35,989 nt of DNA, from assembly GCA_964457815.1 (NCBI GenBank), contig CAYWFA010000001.1:1-35989 (forward strand). Reading direction: 5' to 3'. Below the pieces are notes generated by a model, which worked only from the letters and a program-made list of their open reading frames with translations, ran no database searches and was not told the DNA's origin. Positions 7,511 through 17,601 of this stretch are shown here, one piece after another. Numbering within the stretch: position 1 is the first letter of the stretch; each line of letters begins with the position of its first letter. The stretch is from Candidatus Woesearchaeota archaeon. Lineage in GTDB: Archaea > Nanobdellota > Nanobdellia > Pacearchaeales > GW2011-AR1. A program made the translations under genes and the position numbers.

Positions 7511-8473
7511 TTATACTCCAGGGCCAACTGTGGCTCCAAATATGATATTACCTTGACAAGTACCTGCAACCCCCAAGGGAACATAAATTCTCCAATAAGT
7601 AGTATTAATTGCCTCATTAAAAGTGTCGTTTTGTCTGTATTCAAGATTAAATACTTTGACCACTGGAGCAGAAGTTAAATTAGTGTAATTTGCAATAAAT
7701 TGAGATAAATCCAAAACTCCGGGATTGCTGTTTGTTAAATTATATTTTTCGTGTTCAATAGAAATGTTTTTTATTGCACCTAATGTACAATTCATTGCAT
7801 TTCCGTCTTCAAGTGCAAACCCATATCCACTTAAAGACAAATTAATTTTAACATTTCCATAATTGGTTACATTAGAAATGTTTTCAAGAGATACTTCTGT
7901 TGCATTAACAGTGCCGTAATCTATGTAATCGGGAAGCCCCAATCCAAGTAAACTAGAAACTGTAATATTATCATTTCCATAGCCCAATTTATTATAAGAA
8001 TCATTAACAGTGATTAAACAATTCCAATTTCCAGGGTTTGCATAATACCAAACATCAAAAGTACAATTAATCCAATTGGTGTATGTTCCTTCTTGTGTTA
8101 TAGTACAAGAGGAATTAGTGTAATGAAGATTATTATCATCTGCTGCTCCAGAAGTTGAATTAGCAAAATCAAAAAATACTGCTGAAGCATGATCAACATC
8201 GACCCAACCATTATAATCTGTTACAAGTCCAGAACAAAAAACAAACTTTGTAGAATTGGGTATTAAAGCTAAAGTGGAATCATTATTTTGTATGGTTACA
8301 TTAGAAAGTTCTGGGTATACATTGCCTACAGTCAAATTTGTAATTACAGTAACATTATGCTCTCCAACACCTGCAAAAACTCCTTTAGGAAAAAAAGAAA
8401 ACAAAATTATGAATAGAAAAACTTCTAGAAAAATAAAAAAAATAAGTGTTTTTTTTTGAAATTGTTTGTTCAT
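7511..8473 (-). CDS. Secreted Asn-rich beta-rich protein (320 aa from MNKQ; the track's longer N-terminus overlaps the upstream gene)
   Basis: The ATG at 8473-8471 lies 1 nt after the upstream stop (8475-8477). Sec-type signal MNKQFQKKTLIFFIFLEVFLFIILFSFFPKGVFA. Many N-x-S/T sequons and several Cys. No TM anchor. Confidence 0.75.
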   Translation of the reverse strand: MNKQFQKKTLIFFIFLEVFLFIILFSFFPKGVFAGVGEHNVTVITNLTVGNVYPELSNVTIQNNDSTLALIPNSTKFVFCSGLVTDYNGWVDVDHASAVFFDFANSTSGAADDNNLHYTNSSCTITQEGTYTNWINCTFDVWYYANPGNWNCLITVNDSYNKLGYGNDNITVSSLLGLGLPDYIDYGTVNATEVSLENISNVTNYGNVKINLSLSGYGFALEDGNAMNCTLGAIKNISIEHEKYNLTNSNPGVLDLSQFIANYTNLTSAPVVKVFNLEYRQNDTFNEAINTTYWRIYVPLGVAGTCQGNIIFGATVGPGV

Positions 8474-8474
8474 T

Positions 8475-9218
8475 TTAATCCAACTCCACATACAAATAAT
8501 AAGCTGTTGCACCTGTGAAACCTTGAGAACCGTTTTCAGGAACCAACATTTGGAAATCGTAAGTTTGCCCATCATAACCTGCCAAATTGTCTTCTAAGAT
8601 TGTAGCATATATTATGCTAGTTCCATCATACAAAGCCATTTCTTCGAAATCATCATCTTGGGGATTATCATTTGTGTAAGTGTTTAAAGTTGGACATGCA
8701 TTTGCTCCAATGTTTGTGATTGCAACGGGAAAAGCATCGTGTGTACTAGGATAAGAGAAAGTTGCAGTTATATTGTCTGAAGTTCTATTATGAAACATTG
8801 CAGCATTTTCTGCCTCTAAATTAGTTGTTATATTTGCACATTCAATGGAAGACCATTCAATTGTATTGGAATCTCTTGTAGAATAAACTCTTCCTGTGGT
8901 TACACTTAAACTCCAATCATAAATTGTTGAACCTGCAGAATCATCCAAGGTAAATGCTCCATTTACCCATCCTACAAATGCTTTCCAATGAGTGTTTTGA
9001 ACGGAAGTGGTTAAATTTAAAGCAGCTATATATCCTCCTGAAATATTGAAGAATCCAGCAGAAGAGGTATTTTTAGTTTCATTCCAAACAGAATCCAAAT
9101 CATCTATTCCGCTCGGGTCTGCAGATAAAAAAACGTTTGAAAATAAAAAAACGGATAATAAAAATATCCCCGTTATCAAAATTCCAAATATAAGGTTATT
9201 TTTCTCATTTTTAAACAT
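8475..9218 (-). CDS. Secreted protein, divergent member (D) of the SW-G-YFG/YDFEMLV/FWVELE family
   Basis: 247 aa with a signal peptide. HWKAFVGWVNGAFTLDDSAGSTIYDWSL...GRVYST...EWSSIEC...FEEMALYDGTSIIYATILEDNLAGYDGQTYDFQMLVPENG...AYYLYVELD is collinear with paralogs A-C. Confidence 0.8.
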   Translation of the reverse strand: MFKNEKNNLIFGILITGIFLLSVFLFSNVFLSADPSGIDDLDSVWNETKNTSSAGFFNISGGYIAALNLTTSVQNTHWKAFVGWVNGAFTLDDSAGSTIYDWSLSVTTGRVYSTRDSNTIEWSSIECANITTNLEAENAAMFHNRTSDNITATFSYPSTHDAFPVAITNIGANACPTLNTYTNDNPQDDDFEEMALYDGTSIIYATILEDNLAGYDGQTYDFQMLVPENGSQGFTGATAYYLYVELD

Positions 9219-9300
9219 GTTTTTGTTTTTTTAATTTTCCTCCTTGTTCATTTTACTATTGGTTTTTCTTCTAAAAATTGTAAAAAATAAAAATAAAAAT

Positions 9301-10059
9301 TTATTCTAATTCTACCCAGAAGAAATAGGTAGTTGTAGCTGTATCTGTTAAGTGTCCGTTTTCCAATACAAGCATCTCGAAATCATGGGCTCTTCCATCA
9401 AATCCTAATGGACTTTCTTCATCTAAGATAGATGTGAAAATTACACTTGATGTTGAAGTTTCATACAATAAAACTTCTTGGAAGGTGCTGTCTGTAGCAT
9501 TTTGATTTGCTGCAAATATATGTGTACTTGCACAAGCTCCTGCTGCAAATTCTCTGTTGTTTGTATAAAACAAATCATGCACAAGACCAAAACCATTTTC
9601 ATGAGTTCCATCAGTTGAGAATGTTTCATTCACTCCATCAACATCATCATAAGCAATTCCAAACTCTGCTTCTAAGTCTTCGAAATAAGTTCCTTTTTCA
9701 TCTTCAAGGCATTTAACTGCACTCCAATTCAAGGAACCGTTTGTAGAAGCGTAAATTTCACCCTCTGGTGAAGCTAGAGACCAATTGTACATTACATTAT
9801 CTGCATTATCAGCCAACATAATTGTACCTGTAACATTACCAAAATAACCTTGCCAAGACTGAGTTATTGAATAACCAGAAATTGCAAGTTCAGTTACGTT
9901 TCCTGCAATAGCAGTGGTATTTCCTGCAGCACTAGCGTTCATCCTTGAACTTGTTAGATTAACTACATTTGCTCCGAAGGGTTCAACTGCTGAAACCAAT
10001 GCAAACAAAAAGATGCTTAAAACTATTGTTAATAGGAACAATCTATTTAATTTATTCAT
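9301..10059 (-). CDS. Secreted protein, paralog A of the SW-G-YFG/YDFEMLV/FWVELE family
   Basis: 252 aa. Sec signal ...FALVSA/VEPFG. Invariant core GYSITQSWQGYFGNVTGTIMLADNADNVMYNWSLASPEGEIYAS. C-terminus HDFEMLVLENGHLTDTATTTYFFWVELE. GGAGGG lies upstream of the ATG. Confidence 0.85.
   Translation of the reverse strand: MNKLNRLFLLTIVLSIFLFALVSAVEPFGANVVNLTSSRMNASAAGNTTAIAGNVTELAISGYSITQSWQGYFGNVTGTIMLADNADNVMYNWSLASPEGEIYASTNGSLNWSAVKCLEDEKGTYFEDLEAEFGIAYDDVDGVNETFSTDGTHENGFGLVHDLFYTNNREFAAGACASTHIFAANQNATDSTFQEVLLYETSTSSVIFTSILDEESPLGFDGRAHDFEMLVLENGHLTDTATTTYFFWVELE
9749..9914 (-). repeat. Conserved DNA segment R-A, shared with 20969-21134 and 22535-22663
   Basis: Hand alignment to 20969-21134 gives 155/166 identical bases, including most third-codon positions. 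Confidence 0.85.
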
Positions 10060-10227
10060 CTCTTTTATTTTACCCTCCTTTCAATTTTATAAAACTTTTT
10101 AAGTTTATAGTATAAAATGCAGTTATTAATTTATAAATCTTTCCAAATTAGTAACTATTATAAAATTTATATTAATTTAAATACAATTCAACAAAAATTA
10201 AATAATAAAATAAATATTTTATTGAAA

Positions 10228-13200
10228 TTAAAATATTTCTACGTAAAAAACTGCGCTTTTTGAATCTTGTGCATTATATTCTCTTAATCTTGCTGGAACC
10301 CTTAATTCATAATCATAAATTCCGTATGTTCCTTGTTCATGTTTGTTGATCGGAGAAACAAAAACTAAATCTTCTTTGTCTGCTAAATCGAATTCTCCCT
10401 CTGTTCCATTTGTATCGTCTGAAAAATCCCAAAGTATTCCTGTTACAAAATTGGAATTGTTTGTTGAATTAATTATCGGAACATTTTGTATTAAGCTTTT
10501 AAACGAATAAATATCTTGAGAATATTTTGGAACTCCAGAATTTGTATAAACGTTGTAAACAGAATCTTCAAAAGAACTGGTATTTAATGCTAAATCAATT
10601 TCTGAAAAATCTGAATTGCTGTTTGAATTAATTTTGTTTTTTCCTATAGCTTGTAAACTTGTCCAAGAAACATAAGAATCATAATCTGCAACGTAGATAT
10701 TTCCTTGATTGAAATTTTCTGTACTCCAGTTAATTAATTTGGTTGAATCATTGTTTGCTAGAACTAGATTACTTGAAGTTAAAACATCTCCATAAAAGAA
10801 ATGCCATGAACCCACATTAATCGTTTTTGAAGCCTTGTTGTTGGATTCATTTAATTCTATATAGCTTCCATTTGTTGTTAAAGGAGGATCAACTACAACA
10901 AAAACTTCTGAAGAACCTATTGAAGCAATTAATTCTTGAGAAACATTTCTCTCGCTGAATTTAGAAAGATTAATGAAAATGTCTTCTCCAATCTTTTCTC
11001 CTCCTGAATCTGGATCTCCTTTGTAAAAATTAACTGTAACATTTGAAATATCTGCTCCTGCAAGATTACGTATTGTTGCAGTTATTTCTATTAACTGATT
11101 TTCTTTAGGAGAACTTTCATTTAAAAATATTTCAGAAGAATTAACTGAAAAATCCGGATAAGTTAAATTAAATGTTCTTAACTCGCTTATGTTTGTATTT
11201 TTCATTTGATCCCAACAAGTTACATTCCACCAATGCTCTCCCTGTCCTAAAATAGAGGTAAGAACGTATTCTCTTTTTGATATATTGCTTGAAACCCAAA
11301 CGTTGGGTCTTCTAACTATTCCATCTACTGTTAAATTACATTGCAAAACTGTATCTAATGTATCTATTGCTGTCCAGTTGAAATAAACTCTGTCTTCGTT
11401 GAAATCAATTCCAGATTCATTTTCAGGAGAATTAAGAATTATTGAAGGAGGGGAAAAATCCATTGAAAAATATTTTGAGGTTGCATTTGCACTAGAAGGA
11501 ACAGGATTATTTGTATCATAACATTCAACTGTCCAATTATGTAACCCTTCTGGAATTCCTGAGATTGTGAAATTTGGATTTATTATTAATTCTGCAGAAG
11601 ATTTAGATTCATTCGAAACTTCATCTATATACAAGGTACAATTGTTTATTATCTGTGCATCTTCTGCAAGATAATGAAATGTTACTGCACTTCCAAAACC
11701 ATAAAAATCGTCATCTGGTGTGTAAAGAGTTATTTGTGGGGGGGCATATACTGTGAAATTTCTTGTTTCACTTGTATTGGAATTTTCGGCAGAGTCTGCA
11801 CATTCAATTGTCCAATTGTAATCTCCATCATCTAACAAATAAGGATATATTTCTGGAGTTGAATTCTCTGCAATAACTTGATCATAAAAAATATTATTGA
11901 TGAAAACATTACAAGAGATATTTTCATTTAAATTGTCTTCCACTGTGAAATTAAATAAAACTTCATTCCAATCTAATGTTTCGTTTGGTTCGGGTGAATT
12001 AAGGACAATTTTTGGAGCTTCTATGTCGATGTACAAGGTTCTATTTTCATCACTACCTATTACCCCTAAAGAATCCGCACAATAAACATTCCAAGTATGA
12101 TTTCCTTGAGAAAGAATTTCCGTGAAATAATTTGAATTATCATTAATTATTGGTGTTGAATTAACTTTTACAAATTCGTTGTCTATATACAAAGAACAAT
12201 TAACTATATCCTCTTCATATTTGTAAGCATAATATTCAAATTCAACTTCTGTGTAATTAAGCCAAGAATCTGGTTCCGGAGAAATCAAAATAACATCTGG
12301 GGGAGCAAAGGTAGTGAATTTTCTTGTTTCACTAATATTTAAATTTCCTGAATAGTCTGAACAAGAAACATTCCAATAATGCTCTCCAGAAATAAATGAT
12401 CTTGAAATCAAATTTGTAGAGCCATTCTCTGCAATTATAGAAGTAATATTTCCATCAACCGTGAAATTACAAGTTAAATTTTGTGCTAAGTTATCAGTTG
12501 CGGTGAAATTAAATGTTATCTGAGAAGAATAAATTATATCCTCGTCTCCAGGATAAAATAAGTTTACTTGGGGAGTAGAATTGTCTTTATAAAAAAACCT
12601 TGTTTCCGAATTATTTTCTAATCCATAGGTATCAAAACAATTGATTGTCCAATTGTAAAAACCATCGGATAAATCGTTTATAGAAAAGTTGGTTTGTTGG
12701 TTGTTTAAAGGAGAATAAGTTATATTTTCAAAGGAGCCATTTATATAAATTGAACAATTTGATAAATTGGTATTGTCTGAAGGGAGATATTCCAATAAGA
12801 CTTGGTCTTTAAACCAGTATACGTCTTCTGTAATCAAAGAAATTTCAGGAAGTTCTCTTATTGTTATTTCCCTGTTTTCACTTATGCCATAACGTCCTGC
12901 AGAATCAATACAACTTACATTCCAAACTTTTAAACCATCTGTTAAATCTGTAATTAATATGCTTGTATTTGCATTATTACTTGCAAGCAAATTATTTTCT
13001 GATTTTTCTCCGATACTTAAATTGCAATTTAATTCTGAATCAAGATTATCAGTTACATTGAAATAAAAATTCAAAGAAGAAAATTGAGAAGTTGTTGAAG
13101 TTTCTGGATGTAAAAGATAAACAACAGGATTTTGTGTATCTACATAGAAACGTCTTGTATTCGCAATAACGCTATATTCCCCTGTGTCGGTTATATTGAC

Positions 13201-16200
13201 TGTCCAATTATAAAATCCATCTGGGAGAGTGAGTGTAAAATTATTGTATGCTTTATTTATAATTTGAGATTGATTGGACTGGTTGTATGTACCATTTAAA
13301 TATAAGTCTGCAATTGTTAAGTTGTTGTTGTCTGAAGCGTTATAAATTAAACTTATTGTTGATTCATTGAACCACCAAAAATCTGGAGTTATCAAAAATA
13401 TTTCTGGAGGAACATCATTTATATTGAAATGAAAAGTTTCGCTTGTATATGATCTTAAAGAAGAATCAAAACAAGTTACGTTCCAATAATGAGTCCCAAC
13501 TGTTAAATATCCTGAATTACGACTTACATTTGTTGCGTTTTCAACAATAATTCCAGGATAAATAATTTCACCATCCAAAACAATATCACATGTAAGATTT
13601 AATGCCATATTGTCAGTTGCATTAAATTCTAAATCAAGATTGTTTACAAGATTGTTTGCTCCGTCTTCAGGATAAATGAGATTTACAAAAGGATTTTCTA
13701 AATCAACATAAAATATTCTTGTTTCATTTGAAGCGGCTTCTAAACTAGTTGTGTCTGTTACATTCACACTCCAATTATAAATTCCTTGCCCAAGAGAAAC
13801 TGTAAAATTGTTTATAACATTATTTATTATTGACGATTGATTTGTTTGATTTAAATTTCCATTCAATATCAGTGTTGAATTTGCAAGATTATCGTTTATA
13901 TCTGAAACATTATAATAAAGAATTACTTGAGAAGAATTAAACCAACTTAGATTTATTGGAGAAGTTAAATTTACGTTTGGAGGTGTTGCTCCTGCAGAAG
14001 TAACTGTTATAGGAGTTGTAGTTGTACCGTTATAACTGTCATATGTTCCTACAGCAATACATCTAATGTTGTTGTCTGAAGAAAAAGTGTTACCTTCTAT
14101 TGTAAATGTTGTGTTTTGAGAGATATTTGTTACATTTCCTAAATAATGGGGATTTGTTTCTCCCGAATCTAAAACAATATTGCCTGAAGAGCCAATATTT
14201 TGCCATCCAGAAGTGGAAGTATTTCTTTGAATATAAACATTAACATTTCTACATGTTCCAGAAGAGCAATTGACTTGACAAACTGCATCGAATGTATCTT
14301 CTTGAGCAACATAGGGGTCTGTTAAAGGAGAAACCAAATCAGCATGTAAAAATCCTTCAGTGGTTAAGTTAACAATAACATAAGAATTTGTTCCGGAATC
14401 CCAAGAATGGGTCAAAGTTTTTTGGCTGGTATGTGTGTTGTATGCGTTGACAACTAATTTCAATCTATCACTCGGTCCAAGATAAATATCTTGATTTATA
14501 CATGTTGAATTTGTACCTGATGCAGCATTTTCAAATATTCCGCTATTTGCATCATTCCCTAATTGACAAATTAAAGTGTCTCCACTTGAGCCAGAAACAT
14601 AAAGTTTCCAAGTTATTGCTATTTTCCCTGTAGGAGTTGAAGAAGAAAAGGTTCCTGAAAAACTAATGGGGCTTCCGGAAGGAATAACCGCTCCATTATA
14701 ACCCATATACTGGGAAGTCGCACTAACAACATTTACTAATTGTCCTGCGCCAATATCAAATACTACAGAGTTTGAGGTTGCATCTTGGCTGCTTTTCAGT
14801 TTTATTTCTGCTAAAGTGTTTCTTGAAGGATTAAAATTAGAACTTTCATATAATGTTCCTGTAAATAATTCTGGAGTTATTGAAACATTTATTGTTTTAT
14901 TCTCACTGAAACCCGTTCTTCCCCCTTCATCTGTACAAGAAACATACCAAGAATAAACTCCATTATCTAAAAATTCGTTGAATGTTAAATTTATATCTTT
15001 TGTTATAGATGTTTCTGTTTTTTTTAATTGATTATTGATATATAAAGAACAATTTTCAACTGAAGAAGCATCAGAAACATTATATATAAAATACAAGTTA
15101 CTATCATCTGTAATTGTTGAAGAATTTGAAGGATAAACAAGATTAACTGAGGGAGATTCCAAGTCAAAAGAAAAAGTATAATTTGAAGTTCCAAAGAAAC
15201 ACCCATTAGAATTGTCGCAACATTGCACATTCCAGATATAATTTCCGGAAGAAGTATAAGTTTTATTTATGAAATTAAAAGTATTGTTAACTATTGAAGA
15301 TTGATTTGTTGAATTCATATGCCATAACCCCGTAGAATTATCCCACAAACTACAATTCAAAAAAGTTGCAGAAGAAATAGGGGTAAAATTAAAAACAACA
15401 TCTTGGGAATAAAGTATATCTGTGTCTAAAGGAGATCTTAAAAGAACTTCAAATGCTCCTGCTTCATAAATGCTATAACTAATTCTTAAATAACCTGCAG
15501 CCCCTGGACCTCCATTTCTTGAACCTCCAGAAGAAGTTTTAATTGCCCCAGAACCTCCACCTCCATAATTATTACCAGAATTTCCTGCCCCTGTAGTTGT
15601 TCTTCCTGCTCCTCCATCTCCCCCTAATTCAGACGTTCCTGTTCCTGCAGTTCCTCCAGTTGCATTTCCTCCAATCCCTGTTGAACCTGCACCTCCACCA
15701 CCTGCACCGGAATAGCCTCCTGATTGGGTCCCCCCTTTTCCTCCCATATAAATTATGTCCCCTATAGAATTTGCAACACTTCCTCCTTCTCCTCCTGTTC
15801 CTGCACTTAAACCTCCACTTCCCCCTGCAGCATATAATTCGGAACCATCATCAAAATATGTAGGATTTCCTGTTGCCCCATTCCCTGTTCCACCTGCAAC
15901 TCCTGAAGCTACAGCAACTGTATAATTTTCATAGGGGCTAACTGAAAAAGTTTTTTTAACATAAGCTCCTCCTCCACCTCCTCCTGCTCTTCCACTGCCT
16001 CCTCCTGGACGTCCTCCACCAGCACCCCCTCCACCCCAGGCTTCAACAGTAATTTCATAAACTCCTGCTGGAACCATCCAAGTTGTGCTTGAAGAAAAAT
16101 TTACAAGATAATATGTATAAGGATCAACAATATAATCAAATTCAACACTTCCCCCTACAACTTTTAAATCAAAGGTATCCTGAGGGTTTTGTAAATTTGT

Positions 16201-17601
16201 TAAATATATTTTATTGTATTCATTAGAGGTTATAGAAGTAAATTCTGCTATTTTTTCAGTTCCATTCTTTTCATAAACTTCAATAGTTGGATTTCCTGAA
16301 ATTATTCTTGGGTAGAGGGTTATATCTCTTGTATTATCTAAAGGAACTTCAAATGTGACTCTTACATACTCTTGATTTGCAATGGTTTCGGACCAAACAT
16401 CATCTAAATCTTTAACTTCCGGGTAAATATCTGAAATAAGAGTTCTGTTTGAAGATAAATGATCTGCCTTTGTTATGAGAATTATTTCAAAAGTCTGATT
16501 GGATAAATGGGGAACAATCCACTCAACATAATCAAATAACCCATTACCATCTTTATCATATGCATTAAAATCAAGATATACTCCTTCTTCCTTCCAATAA
16601 ACTTGAATTAAATCTATGCTTGAAATCTCTCTTGGAAGACTTGTATAAGATAAAACCTCTTCATAGTGGAGATAGTCTGGAGAAGAAATAATAACTTCTT
16701 TTTTATTTGTTGAAATTAATTTTTCTTGAACTATTGGAGGAGAAGTAGAATATTCTAGGAGAATAATTTCTTGAACATCATCATTTATCAAAATATAATC
16801 TTTTTCTTGAATATTTACTTGAGTGTAATCATTGAAAATTTCTCCATTTTCTTTTTTTAAAACGAAATTTAAAAAATTTGAAACTTCTAAAAAATTGCCT
16901 TCTTCCAATAAACTTACTTTTTTAATCCAATTTACAGGTTTTCCTATTTCGGCATTTCCTTGAATTAATTTATTTTCAACATATCTAACTGCATAAAAAG
17001 TATATGACGTTTTTCCATTTCCCCTTATTAAATCAACAGAATATTCTCCTTCCTCTAAAATCTCAAATAAAAAGATATCGTTAGAACCTAGTCTAGAGAT
17101 TCTTTTACCGGATGGTGAAATTATTCTTAATTCGTAATTTCCTAATCCCTGAAGATTAAATTCCAATGAACTCTCTGAAAAATAAGTGTTGGAATTTTGA
17201 AAATTAAAAGAATAATAATCTGAGAATTTGTTTAAAGAAATATTCGTTGAATAACTTTCAGAATAAACTGATTCTTCTCCTCCAGAGATAAAGTTTTTTT
17301 CGTTCACTTGAAATTCCAGTCTTTCAAATGTTTCTAAAGATTCTATGTCAAAAATATAACTTCCAGATTCTTGAAATAAAAAAGAAAATTCATTTTCACA
17401 GTTGAACTGAAGTTCGTTTGAAGGGGTTTTAACTTTGATGAAACAAGATTCAGAATCTTGAAAATTTAAAAAAAGTTTATCTCCAACAAAATAAGAATTT
17501 TCTTCAGATGCGGAACTAAAAAATAAAGAAAACACCAAAATTAAAACAAGTAAAACAAATAAAATTCCTGCACTTAATCTAATTATCCCCCCTTTGTTCA
17601 T
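10228..17601 (-). CDS. Giant secreted surface/adhesin-like protein (about 2457 aa): N-terminal beta domains, glycine-rich domain, tandem Ig-like modules, CARDB-like domain, C-terminal SW-G-YFG/FYVEIF domain
   Basis: Uninterrupted ORF. The track start at 17622 is a TTG. The ATG at 17601 is preceded by AAGGGAGA and overlaps the upstream wHTH stop (ATGA). Signal/TM is IIRLSAGILFVLLVLILVFSLFFSSA. Domain evidence is given under the sub-features. Confidence 0.9.
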   Translation of the reverse strand: MNKGGIIRLSAGILFVLLVLILVFSLFFSSASEENSYFVGDKLFLNFQDSESCFIKVKTPSNELQFNCENEFSFLFQESGSYIFDIESLETFERLEFQVNEKNFISGGEESVYSESYSTNISLNKFSDYYSFNFQNSNTYFSESSLEFNLQGLGNYELRIISPSGKRISRLGSNDIFLFEILEEGEYSVDLIRGNGKTSYTFYAVRYVENKLIQGNAEIGKPVNWIKKVSLLEEGNFLEVSNFLNFVLKKENGEIFNDYTQVNIQEKDYILINDDVQEIILLEYSTSPPIVQEKLISTNKKEVIISSPDYLHYEEVLSYTSLPREISSIDLIQVYWKEEGVYLDFNAYDKDGNGLFDYVEWIVPHLSNQTFEIILITKADHLSSNRTLISDIYPEVKDLDDVWSETIANQEYVRVTFEVPLDNTRDITLYPRIISGNPTIEVYEKNGTEKIAEFTSITSNEYNKIYLTNLQNPQDTFDLKVVGGSVEFDYIVDPYTYYLVNFSSSTTWMVPAGVYEITVEAWGGGGAGGGRPGGGSGRAGGGGGGAYVKKTFSVSPYENYTVAVASGVAGGTGNGATGNPTYFDDGSELYAAGGSGGLSAGTGGEGGSVANSIGDIIYMGGKGGTQSGGYSGAGGGGAGSTGIGGNATGGTAGTGTSELGGDGGAGRTTTGAGNSGNNYGGGGSGAIKTSSGGSRNGGPGAAGYLRISYSIYEAGAFEVLLRSPLDTDILYSQDVVFNFTPISSATFLNCSLWDNSTGLWHMNSTNQSSIVNNTFNFINKTYTSSGNYIWNVQCCDNSNGCFFGTSNYTFSFDLESPSVNLVYPSNSSTITDDSNLYFIYNVSDASSVENCSLYINNQLKKTETSITKDINLTFNEFLDNGVYSWYVSCTDEGGRTGFSENKTINVSITPELFTGTLYESSNFNPSRNTLAEIKLKSSQDATSNSVVFDIGAGQLVNVVSATSQYMGYNGAVIPSGSPISFSGTFSSSTPTGKIAITWKLYVSGSSGDTLICQLGNDANSGIFENAASGTNSTCINQDIYLGPSDRLKLVVNAYNTHTSQKTLTHSWDSGTNSYVIVNLTTEGFLHADLVSPLTDPYVAQEDTFDAVCQVNCSSGTCRNVNVYIQRNTSTSGWQNIGSSGNIVLDSGETNPHYLGNVTNISQNTTFTIEGNTFSSDNNIRCIAVGTYDSYNGTTTTPITVTSAGATPPNVNLTSPINLSWFNSSQVILYYNVSDINDNLANSTLILNGNLNQTNQSSIINNVINNFTVSLGQGIYNWSVNVTDTTSLEAASNETRIFYVDLENPFVNLIYPEDGANNLVNNLDLEFNATDNMALNLTCDIVLDGEIIYPGIIVENATNVSRNSGYLTVGTHYWNVTCFDSSLRSYTSETFHFNINDVPPEIFLITPDFWWFNESTISLIYNASDNNNLTIADLYLNGTYNQSNQSQIINKAYNNFTLTLPDGFYNWTVNITDTGEYSVIANTRRFYVDTQNPVVYLLHPETSTTSQFSSLNFYFNVTDNLDSELNCNLSIGEKSENNLLASNNANTSILITDLTDGLKVWNVSCIDSAGRYGISENREITIRELPEISLITEDVYWFKDQVLLEYLPSDNTNLSNCSIYINGSFENITYSPLNNQQTNFSINDLSDGFYNWTINCFDTYGLENNSETRFFYKDNSTPQVNLFYPGDEDIIYSSQITFNFTATDNLAQNLTCNFTVDGNITSIIAENGSTNLISRSFISGEHYWNVSCSDYSGNLNISETRKFTTFAPPDVILISPEPDSWLNYTEVEFEYYAYKYEEDIVNCSLYIDNEFVKVNSTPIINDNSNYFTEILSQGNHTWNVYCADSLGVIGSDENRTLYIDIEAPKIVLNSPEPNETLDWNEVLFNFTVEDNLNENISCNVFINNIFYDQVIAENSTPEIYPYLLDDGDYNWTIECADSAENSNTSETRNFTVYAPPQITLYTPDDDFYGFGSAVTFHYLAEDAQIINNCTLYIDEVSNESKSSAELIINPNFTISGIPEGLHNWTVECYDTNNPVPSSANATSKYFSMDFSPPSIILNSPENESGIDFNEDRVYFNWTAIDTLDTVLQCNLTVDGIVRRPNVWVSSNISKREYVLTSILGQGEHWWNVTCWDQMKNTNISELRTFNLTYPDFSVNSSEIFLNESSPKENQLIEITATIRNLAGADISNVTVNFYKGDPDSGGEKIGEDIFINLSKFSERNVSQELIASIGSSEVFVVVDPPLTTNGSYIELNESNNKASKTINVGSWHFFYGDVLTSSNLVLANNDSTKLINWSTENFNQGNIYVADYDSYVSWTSLQAIGKNKINSNSNSDFSEIDLALNTSSFEDSVYNVYTNSGVPKYSQDIYSFKSLIQNVPIINSTNNSNFVTGILWDFSDDTNGTEGEFDLADKEDLVFVSPINKHEQGTYGIYDYELRVPARLREYNAQDSKSAVFYVEIF
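10231..10809 (-). other. C-terminal 193-aa domain of the giant protein, homologous to the small secreted paralogs
   Basis: SWHFFYGDVLTSSNLVLANNDSTKLINWSTENFNQGNIYVADYDSYVSWTSL ... EDLVFVSPINKHEQGTYGIYDYELRVPARL...KSAVFYVEIF is collinear with SWQGYFGNVTGTIMLADNADNVMYNWSLASPEGEIYASTNGSLNWSAV ... SSVIFTSILDEESPLGFDGRAHDFEMLVLENG...TTYFFWVELE. Confidence 0.65.
10810..11160 (-). other. CARDB-like domain within the giant protein
   Basis: IEITATIRNLAGADISNVTVNFYKGDP...EVFVVVDP...IELNESNNKASKTI. The E-x-NE-x-NN ending and overall pattern are typical of CARDB. Confidence 0.6.
11161..13990 (-). repeat. Ten consecutive ~94-aa (about 283-bp) Ig-like modules arranged as five alternating A-B pairs
   Basis: Each module starts with a P-x-[VI]-x-L-x-x-P-like boundary. 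Each contains ...[FY]-x-[FY]-x-x-x-D...C-x-[LI]...G-x-[YH]-x-W-x-V-x-C-x-D...SE-x-R-x-F. A-type modules (L-x-x-P..W[FL]N...LNG..NQSNQS.IIN..NNFT...G.YNW) alternate with B-type modules (...ATDN...L.C...). Confidence 0.8.
15475..16085 (-). other. Glycine-rich domain (locally GC-rich) within the giant protein
   Basis: TWMVPAGVYEITVEAWGGGGAGGGRPGGGSGRAGGGGGGAY...GGSGG...GGGGAGSTGIGGNATGG...GGPGAAGYLRISY. The W-x-VPAGV...WGGGG...start and the Y-x-R-I-x-Y end match the glycine-rich domain recalled from phage tail-fibre-like and bacterial surface proteins. Confidence 0.6.

Noticed and set aside
8474-8575. N-terminal extension of the 7511-8575 track ORF (MMGKLTISKCWF...)
   Set aside because: It overlaps the 3' end of the upstream paralog D gene by about 100 nt. 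The internal ATG at 8473 gives a normal signal peptide right after the upstream stop, so the shorter model was used.
15475-16085. The locally GC-rich patch as a horizontally acquired insert
   Set aside because: The GC enrichment is fully explained by runs of GGN glycine codons in frame within the giant ORF. The flanking reading frame is continuous.
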